From positions 40,192,450 to 40,256,449 of the forward strand of contig NC_092377.1 of NCBI RefSeq assembly GCF_030028105.1: DNA of 64,000 bases, given 5' to 3'. The notes under the pieces are model-generated. The model was given only the letters and a program-made list of their open reading frames with translations, was not told where the DNA came from and searched no databases. This document shows positions 1 to 11,769 of this stretch, in pieces. The position numbers and the translations under genes were made by a program. The stretch is from Mobula birostris (Eukaryota). Within the stretch, counting starts at the first letter, position 1. Each line of letters opens with the position of its first letter.

Positions 1-75
1 TTAATCTAAAGATTATATCTCATAATGTTAACATATAGATCATTGGGAACTAAACAGAACTATCCTAAAAGTCTT

Positions 76-1420
76 AGAAGACCTATATTGGAGTCCATTA
101 TTGAGGATGAGGTTTCAGGGTATTTGGGGGCACATGATAAAATGGGCCAAAATCTGCATGGTTTCCTTAAAGGAAAATCCAGCCTGACAAATCTGTTGGA
201 ATTCTTTAAGGAAATTACAGGCAGGATAGACAAAGGAGAGTTAATGGATGTTGTTTACTCGGACTTTTAGAAGGTCTTTGTCCAGGTGCCACAAATGAGG
301 CTGCTTAACAAGATAAGAACCCATGGTATTACAGGCAAGATACTCCCATGCATAGAAGATTGGCTGACTGGCAGGAGGCAAAGAGTGGGAATAAAGTGGG
401 TTTTTCTGGTTGGCTGCTGGTAACAAGTGGTGCACCACAGTGGTTGGTATTGGGACCAGTTTTTTTTATGTTATATGTCAAAGATTTGGAAGATGGAATC
501 GATGGCTTTGTGACCAGCTTGACCGATGATAAGAAGATAGGTGGAGGGGCAGGTACTGATGAGGAAGTAGGGAGCCTGCAGGGCAAAAGAGATAGCAATT
601 GTGTACTGTACAGAAGTGTATAGGCATGCATTTTAGTACAAGGATAAAGGCGTATAATATTTTCTAAATGGGAGAAAATTAAAAAATCTGAGGTAAAAGG
701 GACTTGGGAGTCCTCATGCAGGATTTCCTAAAGGTTAACTTGCAGGGTGAGTCAGTGGTAAGGAAAGCAAATCCAATGAAAGCATTCATTTTGAGAGGAC
801 TGGAATATAAGACTAAGGATGCAATGCTGAAGATTTATAAGGCATTGCTCAGATGACACATAGAGAATTGTGAGCAGTTTTGTGTCCTGTACCTAAGAAA
901 AGATGCGCTGGCATTGGGGAAGGTACAGAGAAGGTTCATGAAAATGACTCCAGGAATGAAAGGGTTAGCGCATCGGGAGCATTTGATGGCTCTGGGCCTG
1001 TACTCGTTTGAGTTTAGAAGAATGACGGGGGATCTCATTGAAACCTATATTGAAAGGCTTAGTTAGTGCTGATGTGCAGAGGATGTTTTCTGTAATGAGT
1101 GAGTCGAGGACCAGAGGGCACAGCCTCGAAATAGAGGGATGCCCATTTAAAACAGAGATGAGGAGGAATTTCTTTAGGCAGACGGTGGTGAGTCTGTGGA
1201 ATTCATTGACACAGATGGCTGAGGGGGTCAAGTGTTTAAGTATATTTAAAGCAGAGATTGATAGGTTCTTGATTAGTCAGGGCATCAAAGGTTATAGAGA
1301 GAAGGCAGGAGAACGGGGTTGAGAGGGATAATAAATCAGCCATAATGGAATGACAGAGCAGACTTAATGGGTTGAATGGCCTAATACTGCTCATTATGTC
1401 TAATAGTCTTATGGTCTTAT
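76..1420 (+). mobile_element. CR1-type LINE, 5'-truncated ORF2 RT to 3' end, degenerate
   Basis: ORF fragments HGFLKGKSSLTNLLEFF, VTSGAPQ..VLGP, DDKKIGG, SRTRGHSL..FF....V..WN.L; ends in a tcttatggtcttat tail; multiple stops and frameshifts. Confidence 0.9.
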
Positions 1421-3639
1421 ATTCCCATGGGATACAGAATGCCAGTAAGTCACCTATTTTTGTAAAAAAAAGTCCTGACTGTGACAGCTACAGTTTTTGG
1501 ACAAATACTATTAATATTCAATGCTCATGATGCACAGATCTTTTGAAACTTAGATCCATTTGCCACTTAATAAAGAAATGGAAACCTGTTTTTATTTCCT
1601 TGGCATCCTCAAGCAATTTAACATTACAGAGTTTATTCCTTCAAAAGGAATTTAGTCTCTTGATATCATAAAAATTTACAATGTCAAGAGACTAAATATT
1701 TTCACCGTCAAAGAACTCAGTTTCATTGTGCAGAAAGTAAAAGTCAAAAGACTCTTAATATTGATATTTAGAGTCATCCCAATCTATATCAGTGAATAAA
1801 GCCCCACGATAACATTTGTAATGGGAATAGTTAGATTCTTAGCCAGGAACCATCATTATTTTTTTAAGCTGGTCTTGTAAGGGTAATGCAGGATCTGAAA
1901 TCTAAGTCTCCAACTTCTCAATGTGTAATACTTCCAAATCAGACAGAGATCAGCCAAGGCCATGATCATGTAAATGGTGTACTTGGAGCCAGGCTACAAG
2001 CATGGCCAAAGTGTTAATGGGGGGGGGGCAGAGGGGGCAAACATCAGTATTCCTGTAGCCTTGACTGAGGTTGTAATTGGGACAGATATATGCCTGATTA
2101 ATGTTCATCCTTCTAAGACGAATTTCATTTCCACATAATCATATTATGCCTGTACCATCAATTCTTCATCTACAAAGAAACCTCATTGTGGCCATGTGAT
2201 AATTTGATTCTGTCAGCACAGCACCGCAATCAACCTAATGATACAGAGCTTCTTTAAATAGCAAATTCATGACCTGACTAATACCTTCGTGTAATAATTA
2301 ATACAGGCCAGCCTCAAGTTATGATCACCTGATTTACAGAAACCTTTATATATGATCAAGTTCCCATAGTTTTAAAAATCCAATCATGTAGATACATTCA
2401 TACTACAGATACCAGAACTAATTTTCTCTCTTCTTGCATTTTTGTCAATTATTCTTTCTTATCTTAATTTTAAGAGCGATCATTGTGTACTTTTTGCAAT
2501 TTATGGGCAATTTTGATTTGTAGAGATCCGTAAAAACAGAACCCATTTGGAAAATTCCTATCAACCATTCCTGGTACTGTTGGAAACATGCAGAAGCAGT
2601 TTCCAGCAATTACGTATTCTTGGACACACTGAATCACAGGGACTGGCTTTCCAAATCTCTATGCTCATCCTGGTGTTTCCAAGATTTGTACTTTAATCTT
2701 TGGAATAAGCTGCAAACTGCTAATGCAGAGATGTTAACAGATCATGAAAATCTTTTTTTTCATTTTCCTTGCATATTTAAGCATTAAAATGGATGGCTAC
2801 TTTTACTAGGTGAAGAAGTTGAAGGCAAGTGGTTATGACACTAGCAACATATTCAAAGGGATTTGTTGGCACAGATAGTACTTGGCATTAAAATTTCTTT
2901 ACTTTAGCTTCCAATGGAAACTGTTCTGTATGCTCTGGCCAACTAATCTAATATGCCAATACATAGGTTTAGTAATTAGGTGCACCAGGGGTCTCCTATA
3001 ATGAATATTTTTGGAAATAATATTTTAGATTACTTTCATATAGCCACATCAAAAGTTTAAGCGAAGTGATCATATAAAAGAGCTTTTATATGAAATAGAG
3101 ATTATTATGAAACCTTTCGGAACAGCTTTGTTGGTTTGCCGATCCCTGGGTGATTTTATGCTAAACCAGGACTGATTCAACCCACTCACAAATTAGTACA
3201 AATCTAAGCAAAATTTAACAAACAAGACTGATTTTGTAGCGAGTTTTGTCATTATCAAGCTATTTCATAACGGGAGGATAACAGACCATAGATCTCAATT
3301 TGCAAATTACTGTTTGTTCAAACCGCAGAACTCATTAAGGTCAGTAAATCATTATTTTTAGTTTCTTTAATAACCATGAATTAGGCGGTTACAGCTGAAT
3401 GGGCCTATTAGCACTTGAAAAATGCGCAAGGCTTTGAAGCTGCAATAGCTTGACACCTCCTGTCAGGACTGTGCTTGTTCATGGATTAGTTGTGGCTTCA
3501 CTCTTTAGTGGAATGGAGTTAGAAATGGTTCTTTCTCTCTCTGCTGTGAGTAACTGAGGCTGGTCTACATAGGGCAACTTTTCCTCAAAAATACAGAAAA
3601 TGATGAATGTTGCCATTGGAGTTATGGGAAAATATGCCC

Positions 3640-5585
3640 ATACAAAGTACAGATGTGTCCCATATACAACCCAGAGATTCATTTTCTTGCAGGCATACTC
3701 AAATCCATAACAGAATAATAACTGTAATAGAATCAATGAAAGATCACACCATCTAGGCATTCGCATTCAACCGGAGTGCAAAATACAAACAACTGTATAA
3801 GTACAAAAATAAGTAAATAATAATAATAAATAAATAATCAATAACTATTGAGAACATGAATCAGAATCAGATTTATTATCACTGGCATGTGTCGTGAAAT
3901 TTGTTAACTTAGCAGCAGCAGTTCAATGCAATACATAATATAGAAGAAAAAAGGTGAAAATAAATAAATAACTTACAATATATGTATACTGAAGAGATTA
4001 AAAATTGTGCAAAAATCAAAGTAATATATATGAAAAAAAGTGAGGTATGTCCATTTAGGAATCAGATGGCAGAGGAGAAGAAGCTGTTCCTGAATCGCTG
4101 AATGTGTGCCTTCAGGCTTCTGTACCTCCTACCTGATGGTAACAGTGAGAAAAAGGCATGCCCTGGGTGCTGGAGGTCCTTAATAATGGATGCTGCCTTT
4201 CTGAGACACCGCTCCCTTGAAGATGTCCTGAGTACTTTGTAGGCTAGTACTTAAGATGGAGCCAAGTAAATCTATGACCCTCTGCAGCTTCTTTCTGTCC
4301 TGTGCCCCCCTCACCAGACAGTGATGCAGCCTGTCAGAATGCTCTCTATAGTACATCTATAGAAGTTTTTAAGTTTATTTGTTGACATGCCAAATCTCTT
4401 CAAACTAATGAAGTATAGTCGCTGTCTTACCTTCTTTATAACTGCATTGATATGTTGGGACCAGATTAGATCCTCAGAGATCTTGACACCCAGGAACTTG
4501 AAACTGCTCACACACTCTCTCGACTTCTGATGAAGAATCAATGAATGTGAGTCCATGGGTTGGGGGAACATTTCAACAATGGGGTGAGTGAAGTTATCCC
4601 CTTTAGTTCAAGAGCCTGGTTGCTGAGGAGTAATAACTGTTCCTGAAGCTGGTGGTGTAAGTCCTGAGACTCCTCCATCTTCTTCCTGATGGTAGTATCT
4701 AAAAGAGAACATCGCCTGGGTGGTTGGTGTCTCGGGTGATGGATGCTGCTTTCCTGTGACAATACTCCAAGCAGATGTGCTCAAAGACATTACCTTTATA
4801 CCCACAATGGATTGGGCCATATCCGCTACTTTTTGTAGGATTTCCTGTTCAAGGGCATTTGTGTTTCCTTGCCGGACTGTGATGCGACCAGTTAATAAAC
4901 TCTCCACACATCTGTAGAAGTTTATCAACGTTCTAGCTATCATGCCAAATCTTCACAATATTCCTAAGGAAACAGAAGCAATGCTGTGCTTTCTCAGCAA
5001 TTGCACTAACATGCCGGGCCCAGGACAGGTCCTCCAAAATAGTAACCTAAAAAGCTTAAAGTTATTGACCCTCTCCATCTCTGATCCTCTGAGGACTGGC
5101 TTCTGGACCTCTGGTTTCCTCCTCCTGAAGTCAATAATCAGCTCCTTTTTCTTGTTGACATTGAGTGAGAGGTCGTTGTTGTGGGAACACTCTGCCCGAT
5201 TTTCAATCTCCCTCCTATATGCTGATTCATCACCACCTTTGATTCAGTCTACAGCAGTGGTGTTGTCAGCAATCTTGAATATGGCATTGGAGCTGTGCTT
5301 AGCCACACAGTCATAAGTGTAAAGTGAGTAGAACAGGGGGCTAAGCACACAGCCTTGTGGTGCACCCACGCTGATGTAGATTGTGGAGCAGATGTTGTTG
5401 CTAATCTGAATTGATTGGGGCTGCAAGTGAGGATATCCAGGCTCCAATTGCATAAGGAGATATTGTGGCTAAGGTCTTGAAACCTATTGATTAGTTTTGA
5501 GACGATGATGGTATTGAATGCTGAGCTGTACTCAATGATGTACTTATCTTTGCTGATCAGATATTCCACGGTCAAGAGAAGAGCT
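3640..5585 (-). mobile_element. Rex1/Babar-type LINE fragment, interrupted by a second copy at 3859-4527
   Basis: Minus-strand peptides [45 protein letters not shown]; the 3' UTR appears to resume across the insertion (gagaacatga / atgaaga). Confidence 0.8.
3859..4527 (-). mobile_element. Rex1/Babar-type LINE 3' fragment with (gattct)n tail
   Basis: aatcagaatcag tail; peptide FKFLGVKISEDLIWSQH...FYRCTIESILTGCITVW. Confidence 0.85.
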
Positions 5586-6199
5586 ACACAACCTTAAGAC
5601 CACCTAATTCAGTCTTTAACATGTTGAATTATTGAAAGAAGCTGTGTCTGTAATGATATGAAAAGTATTATGTGAACTGTTCTACAGTGTTTCAGACTTT
5701 TGGGGATTACATACTTAAGATATCAAAGTCATTCAATACACTGTTCCAGAATCTTGGGTCACTGGCATAAATAAATATACAATTAACAAATGTAAGATCA
5801 GTTCTCCCATCAGGTATCCCACAGTGCGAGAGGATGTATGTCGGGAGCACAGCTGGGGATATTCAGGAAAGCAGTGCTTACATTTTTGTACAGCACATTA
5901 ATGGGCAAGAAAATCAGGGGCTGCAGTTTTTCAAATGAAACCTGTAATCAGTGTTAAATTACATGCACTTTCAATTCCTGAAGATCAAAAGATCCTTAAG
6001 GAATCTATGAAATCACCAAAGTTTTTTTTTCCCCAGAAGCAGTACTGGATGAAGTTAAAGATGTTGTTCAACACAATGTGAACACTGCCATCTGATGAGG
6101 GTACAAAGAGCATTAAAGATATAGCAAAGCTAAGGGTGGGCAGTGCCCAGTAAAGAAAGTACAATGTCAGTTTATCCATTTTGATAGGAAAAAAAGAGT

Positions 6200-6282
6200 C
6201 AGTGGAGGGACACAGCAGGTCAGGCAACTTCTGTGGAGTAAAATAGACAGTCAATATTTCAAACTGAGACCCTTCATCTGGT
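6200..6282 (-). mobile_element. Old Penelope-like pLTR end fragment with decayed hammerhead
   Basis: Reverse complement reads ccagatgaagggtctcagtttgaaatattgactg...ctgacctgctg, similar to the pLTR at 7081-7160. Confidence 0.55.
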
Positions 6283-6475
6283 CACCAGTTCAGATTATTT
6301 CCCTTTATTTAGAAATCTATCAATTCTTGTTTAGAATGATGACATTTCTCCTCATTTCAATTCTAAATAACCTAATCTTCATTTTCAGTTTCTGACATCC
6401 TAGTTTGAGACTCTGTGACCAGGGAACATATCCTCACTGCACTGACCCAGTCAAATTCAGTGAGAATTTTGTATA

Positions 6476-7213
6476 GACTAGGAAGAGTTACAGTCAGCTG
6501 GGGTGATATACTGCATCTGGTGCTCCCGATGCAGCCTTCTATATATTGGCGAGACCCGACGCAGACTGGGAGATCGTTTCACTGAACACCTACGCTCTGT
6601 CCGCCAGAGAAAGCAGGATCTCCCAGTGGCCACGCATTTTAATTCCACATCCCATTCCCATTCTGACATGTCTATCCACGGCCTCCTCTACTGTCAAGAT
6701 GAAGCCACACTCAGGTTGGAGGAACAACACCTTATATTCCATCTGGGTAGCCTCCAACCTGATGGCATGAACATTGACTTCTCAAACTTCTGCTATTGCC
6801 CCACCTCCCCCTCGTACCCCATCCGTTATTTATCTATATACACACATTCTTTTTCTCTCCCTCCTTTTTCTCCCTCTGTCCCTCTCACTATACCCCTTGC
6901 CCATCCTCTGGGCTCCCCCCTCCCCCTTTCTTCCTCCCTAGGCCTCCTGTCCCATGATCCTCATATCCCTTTTGCCAATCAACTGTCCAGCTTTTAGCTC
7001 CATCCCTCCCTCTCCTGTCTTCTCCCATCATTTTGGATCTCCCCTCTCCCTCTCAAATCTCTTACTAGCTCTTCTTTCAGTTAGTCCTGACGAAGGGTCT
7101 CGGCCCGAAACGTCGACTGTACCTCTTCCTAGAGATGCTGCCTGGCCTGCTGCGCTCACCAGCAACTTTTATGCGTTGCTTGAAATTCCAGCAACTGCAG
7201 ATTTCCTCGTGTT
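6476..7213 (+). mobile_element. Penelope-like element, 5'-truncated (GIY-YIG C-terminus + pLTR), 15-bp TSD
   Basis: Peptide IYCIWCSRCSLLYIGETRRRLGDRFTEH...EEQHLIFHLGSLQPDGMN; TSD tgagaattttgtata at 6461-6475 and 7214-7228; closely similar to 18620-19316. Confidence 0.93.
7082..7119 (+). ncRNA. Minimal type I hammerhead ribozyme (PLE pLTR); predicted cleavage after C7114
   Basis: tagtc-CTGACGA-a-gggt(ctcg)gccc-GAAA-c-GTC-gactg: helix I tagtc/gactg, helix II gggt/gccc, helix III reduced to palindromic ACGT. Confidence 0.85.
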
Positions 7214-7253
7214 TGAGAATTTTGTATATTTCATTTTGGTTCTCTCTCGTTCT

Positions 7254-7460
7254 CATAAACATAGAAAACATAGAAAACCTACAGCACAATACAGGCCCTT
7301 TGGCCTACAATGCTGTGCCAAACATGTACTTACTTTAAACATTACCTAGGGTTACCCATAGCCCTCTATTTTTCTAAGCTCCATGTACCCATCTAGGAGT
7401 CTCTTAAAAGACCCTATTATCTACCTGCATCACCATCACCGGCAGCCCATTCCATGCACT
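7254..7460 (-). mobile_element. CR1-type LINE 3' end fragment
   Basis: (catagaaaa)2 tail followed by acagcacaatacaggccctttggcc; same 3' UTR type as 44050 and 45613. Confidence 0.75.
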
Positions 7461-7761
7461 CCTCTGAACCTACTTCCAAAATCCCAAACTGGGCCAAGTC
7501 TACTCAATTTTTCCTGCTTTCCTGGAACCAGTCAGGTAAATTGTCACTGCATTCCCTCAATAACACTGTAGATAGGGAGATCAAAATTATATACAACACT
7601 GTAGATGCATTCTTAACAAGGTCTTATGTAATTGTTGTAGGATATCTTTACTCCTGTGTTCAAATGCTCTTTGAGTTTTCCTAACTGTCTGCTGCACCTG
7701 CATCACACATCAAAGTTGCTGGTGAACGCAGCAGGCCAGGCAGCATCTGTAGGAAGAGGTG

Positions 7762-7799
7762 CAGTCGACGTTTCAGACCGAGACCCTTCATCAGGACTA
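7762..7799 (-). ncRNA. Minimal hammerhead ribozyme, left arm of palindrome
   Basis: Reverse complement tagtc-CTGATGA-agggtctcggtct-GAAA-c-GTC-gactg; core intact, helix II weakened to G-U pairs. Confidence 0.65.
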
Positions 7800-7803
7800 A
7801 CGT

Positions 7804-7841
7804 TAGTCCTGACGAAGGGTCTCGGCCTGAAACGTCGACTG
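7804..7841 (+). ncRNA. Minimal hammerhead ribozyme, right arm of palindrome; predicted cleavage after C7836
   Basis: tagtc-CTGACGA-agggtctcggcct-GAAA-c-GTC-gactg. Confidence 0.75.
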
Positions 7842-8199
7842 CACCTCTTCCTACAGATGCTGCCTGGCCTGCTGTGTTCACCAGCAACTTTGATGTGTGT
7901 TTCTTGAATTTCCAGCATCTGGAGAATTCCTGTTGTTTTGCTGCACCTGCATGTTAGCTTCAAATGTGTACAAGGACATCCAAATCATTTTTACATCAGT
8001 TTTCACTGTGGAAGGTGCCAACACCATGCCTGAAATATACCAGAGTCAAGGGGCAGTCACCTAGTGCTACCTCAGATTTGTATTTTAATCAGTGGCAAAG
8101 GAAATGTGCAGATCCTAGATAATTGGTCTACTTGTCCACGATACATAAAGGAACTGCCCAGAAAAGCTAATAATATAGGATATGCAGTGCGATAGTTAC

Positions 8200-8780
8200 A
8201 ATCCTGATATAGCGGCTGGATGGTGGGTGCGCGTGAGTCTTGGGCTGGACATTCTGCTTATGTAAAGAAGGTGAAACACGCTCCATAGCCTCTCCTTTCA
8301 AGGTATAGTGATTACCGCAGGACGACTGCTTGGCTTGTCATGCAGGAGGTCACATGCATGTGGCCTCTCCTACACTACTGTGCCCATAGCAACACCTTCA
8401 CGTGGTGTTCCTATTCTTACGGAGTTTGCTATGTTATGATGTGGCCGAGTGTCCAGCAGTGTAACTGGGCAGGCAGGCTGGGCTCATCAGCCTTGGTTGG
8501 CAGCTAGCCTAGGAGAAGGACAGCTTCGATTCCAAACCCAGGCAGGTGGGACTCATTAGCCTTGCCAGCCAGTCTCCGATACTCAACCTACATCCTTGTG
8601 ATCGCCACAGTCATCACAGCTCACTGTGCCATTGTGGAATGTCCCCCAGCCTAAAGAGTGGAATTGGTCTGCGTGCACCAGTCCTCACTATAAACCTACG
8701 CAGTACAGGTGGGAAGAAAAGTCCTACAGCGATGGAGTTCCCTCCTGATCTTCACAAGTGAAGAATCACCCATCGTCATC
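8200..8780 (+). mobile_element. RTE-like LINE 5' UTR-derived remnant
   Basis: Motif gcctaggagaaggacagcttcgattccaaacc resembles RTE-clade 5' UTRs; GC-richer than flanks; no ORF support. Confidence 0.4.
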
Positions 8781-8879
8781 AGCTGAAATGTATTAGGCTG
8801 AAGTGTACTCACCTCACAGTGTTCATTCTATTGAGAATATCCAACAAGGTCCTGCCCGCGGACATTGAGACAATGATTT

Positions 8880-9350
8880 ATCTCTGACTACCACAATTGT
8901 GCTTTGCAATGTGTCAATCATAAAGAGCTAGAGGGCGTCTGCCAGGGTCTTTGACCTCTGATTCTACAACTGGTCTCATGACAGGAGCCTGCTGGCAGTG
9001 GTTTTTCATGCCCCTGCTGCCATTTACCTAATTGATGCTAGAGGCTGTGTGTCTAGTCGGTGACGACAGAGTAGCTAAGGAAAGCAGGAGCAGTGGATTT
9101 AATAGGTAGCATGCACTGCAGCTGCTGTGTACCATTGGTGGAGAGTATGAATATACAGGGTGGTTGATGGGATGTCAATCGATGCTTTAGCCTGGATATT
9201 GTTAAACGTTGATGGTATTCCACCACAGTCCTGATGGTGCCTTATGGATGGTAGTAAAGCTTTGGGCTGTCACAAGGCAAGTCACTCACCCACTGACTTG
9301 CTCTTGCAGTCTTGATATACGAGTCTGCAGAGCTTCTGGCCACTTGTGAT
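8880..9350 (-). mobile_element. Old degenerate LINE (CR1/L2-like) fragment
   Basis: Reverse complement resembles the 3' part of the old LINE at 23830-25525. Confidence 0.45.
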
Positions 9351-10092
9351 ACCTTGGGACATAGCTGGGAGTACCAGATGCACATAACGCAACTGAATGC
9401 CACATTGTAAATCCATGCTTCAAAGATAAGCTACTTGCAAGACAACACAGGAAATCTTGCTATTGTGAATGCTATCAGATTTTGCATAAACCACATTCTA
9501 GGGAAGTTTTCAGAAAAGTGAATCAGCCCACACATGATTCCAGACAAATTATACAGTTAACTCTTAGTAGTCTCTGGCATGGGTTAGTCAACGGAACAAG
9601 GCGTATTGGAAGAAGTTTCACTGTTACATCGTTGGGTTACTAGACACAGACAGTGAATTCCATCATAACCCATAAACAGATTGAAATATAAACTACCTCA
9701 CAAGGTTTGCTGCTGATGATCAAAGCACTGTTGATAGTTGGCAATATTTTTAAGTTTTGTCCAGCAATAAATCTGCTGAACAGTATGCTCTGCCAAACCT
9801 GTTCAGCCACAAAAGAGGAAATCCAGAACCAGAAGACAGTGTAGGACCCAGAGAAAAATTTATGGCCAAATCCTACTGTGGATATTCCCTGTAAAAAGGT
9901 GTTGACCAGTGACAGGGATATGCCCCCAGGCACTGGGATTTCAGAAAACACAAAGATAACACTTTGGAATTCTCAGTCCAGAGAGCTATAGATGGTTTGT
10001 TTTTGAGTAATTTCAACCTATCCCTAATTTTGTGATTACACAAGAGACCAAAGTTACGAAAATGTGGCAGGAAAGTGGAGATCAAAGAACTG

Positions 10093-10854
10093 ATCAGAAT
10101 CAGGTTTAATATCACCGGCATATGTTGAGGAATTTGTTGTTAGATGACAGCAGTACATTGTAATACATAATAATTAAAAAACTGTAAAGTTAAGTACTTT
10201 TTATATATATTTACTAAGTTAAATAAAGGAAATAGTGGAAAAAAGAGAAAAAAAGGTAATGAGGTAGTGTTCACGGTCTATTCAGAAATCTGATGGCAGA
10301 AGGGAAGAAGCTATTCCTGAATCATGTATGTGTGCCTTCAAGCTCCTGTACCTCCTCCATGATGGTAGCAATGAGAAGGAGGCACGTCCTAGGTGATGGG
10401 ATCCTTAATGCTGGATGCCTCCTTTTTGAGCCGTTGCTCCAGATGGTGTCCTGGATGCTGAGGAGGCTAGTGTCCATGATCGAGCTGACTGGGTTCACAT
10501 CTTTCGGCAGCTTTTTTTGATCCTGTGCAGTGCGCCACTCCCAGCCCTGCCACCCCACCGACCTACACCAGATGGTGATGTAGCCAGTTAGAATGTTCTC
10601 CATGGTACATCTGGAAATTTGCAAGTGTCTTTGGTGACATACAAAATCTCCTCACATTCCTAATGAAATATAGTCGCTGTCATGCTTAATTTATAACTAC
10701 ATCAATATGCTGAGCCCAGGACAGATTCTCAGAGATGTTGACACCCAGGAACTTGAAATTGCACACTCTTTCCACTATGAGGACTGCTGTGTGTGCCTTC
10801 TTACCCTTTCTGACGTCCACCATCAATTCCTTGGTCTTACTGATGTTGAGTGCA

Positions 10855-10896
<42 letters not shown>

Positions 10897-11360
10897 AATA
10901 CCACTGATCTACCTCACTCCTGCACACCTTCTCATCACCATCTGAAACTCTGCCAACAATAGTTGTGTCATCAACAAATTTATAGATGGCATTTGAGCTG
11001 TGCAAAGCCACACAGTCATGGTACAGAAAGAGTGGAGCAGTAGGCTAAGCACACATCCTTGAGGTGCACCAGTGTTGATTATCAGCGAGGTGGAGATTTT
11101 ATTTCCAATTTGTACCGTTTATGGTCTTCCGGTGAGAAAGTCGAGGATCCAATTGCAGAGACAGTTACAGAAACCCAGGATTTGGCGTTTTCTGATCAGA
11201 ACTGTAGGACTGAGCGTGTTAAACACTCACTGGATTGTAGTCAATGAACAGCAGCATTCTGTAAGTATTAGTACTGTCCAGGTGATCCAAGGCCACATGA
11301 AGAGCCAGTGAGATTGCATCTACTGTAGACCTATTGTGGCAAATGGCAAATCACAGTACG
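10093..11360 (-). mobile_element. Rex1/Babar-type LINE fragment
   Basis: atcagaatcag tail; peptides YKFVDDTTIVG, LNISKTKELMVD, FKFLGVNISENLSW. Confidence 0.88.
10856..10894. repeat. (TG)n microsatellite, about 19 units, inside Rex1 RT
   Basis: Direct reading. Confidence 0.97.
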
Positions 11361-11769
11361 ATCAAACTTAATCTTCTTGCTGAATTGATTGCAGCAATTT
11401 TGTCTAACTCCTGCATCTATGTCTTATAATCTCAGTCCTTAAGTACTTCTAATAATGCCAAGAGCAAGAAACTGAAATTGAATCCTGAAGTAAAACATAA
11501 TGGATTAAGCCTTGGTAAATATTTCAGATTTGGATGGGTCCTCGACACATCATTCGTTTTTGCCTCCGAGTCGGTAGATGCGGTGGCTACATTAGGCGGC
11601 AGATTTCGTCAAGGATAAACTTACTGAGGCTCAGAAGTTTGAGATATTGCTCCCCTTTCAGGTTCCATGGGTCACGAATACATTTCTCTTCCTTTTTTCC
11701 CCCCAGTGGCTTCCTGTGCTCTGCATTCTGCCACTCGCAGTGTACTTAAAGGGGAATGCAAGCAAATAT

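Larger units (their letters stand above)
7704..7938. mobile_element. Palindromic PLE-derived mini-insertion (two head-to-head hammerhead+tail units), 14-bp TSD
   Basis: Arms 7704-7801 and 7802-7899 are reverse complements (95/98 match, no spacer); an extra 39-nt PLE tail follows; TSD tgctgcacctgcat at 7690-7703 and 7939-7952. Confidence 0.92.

Noticed and set aside
2300-2560. Possible Tigger/Tc1-like DNA transposon relic
   Set aside because: Only a vague terminal resemblance; no matching second terminal inverted repeat or TA duplication could be established.
9640-9951. 103-aa minus-strand ORF in unique sequence
   Set aside because: No recognisable domain, no ATG start, no convincing splice sites; length is compatible with chance.
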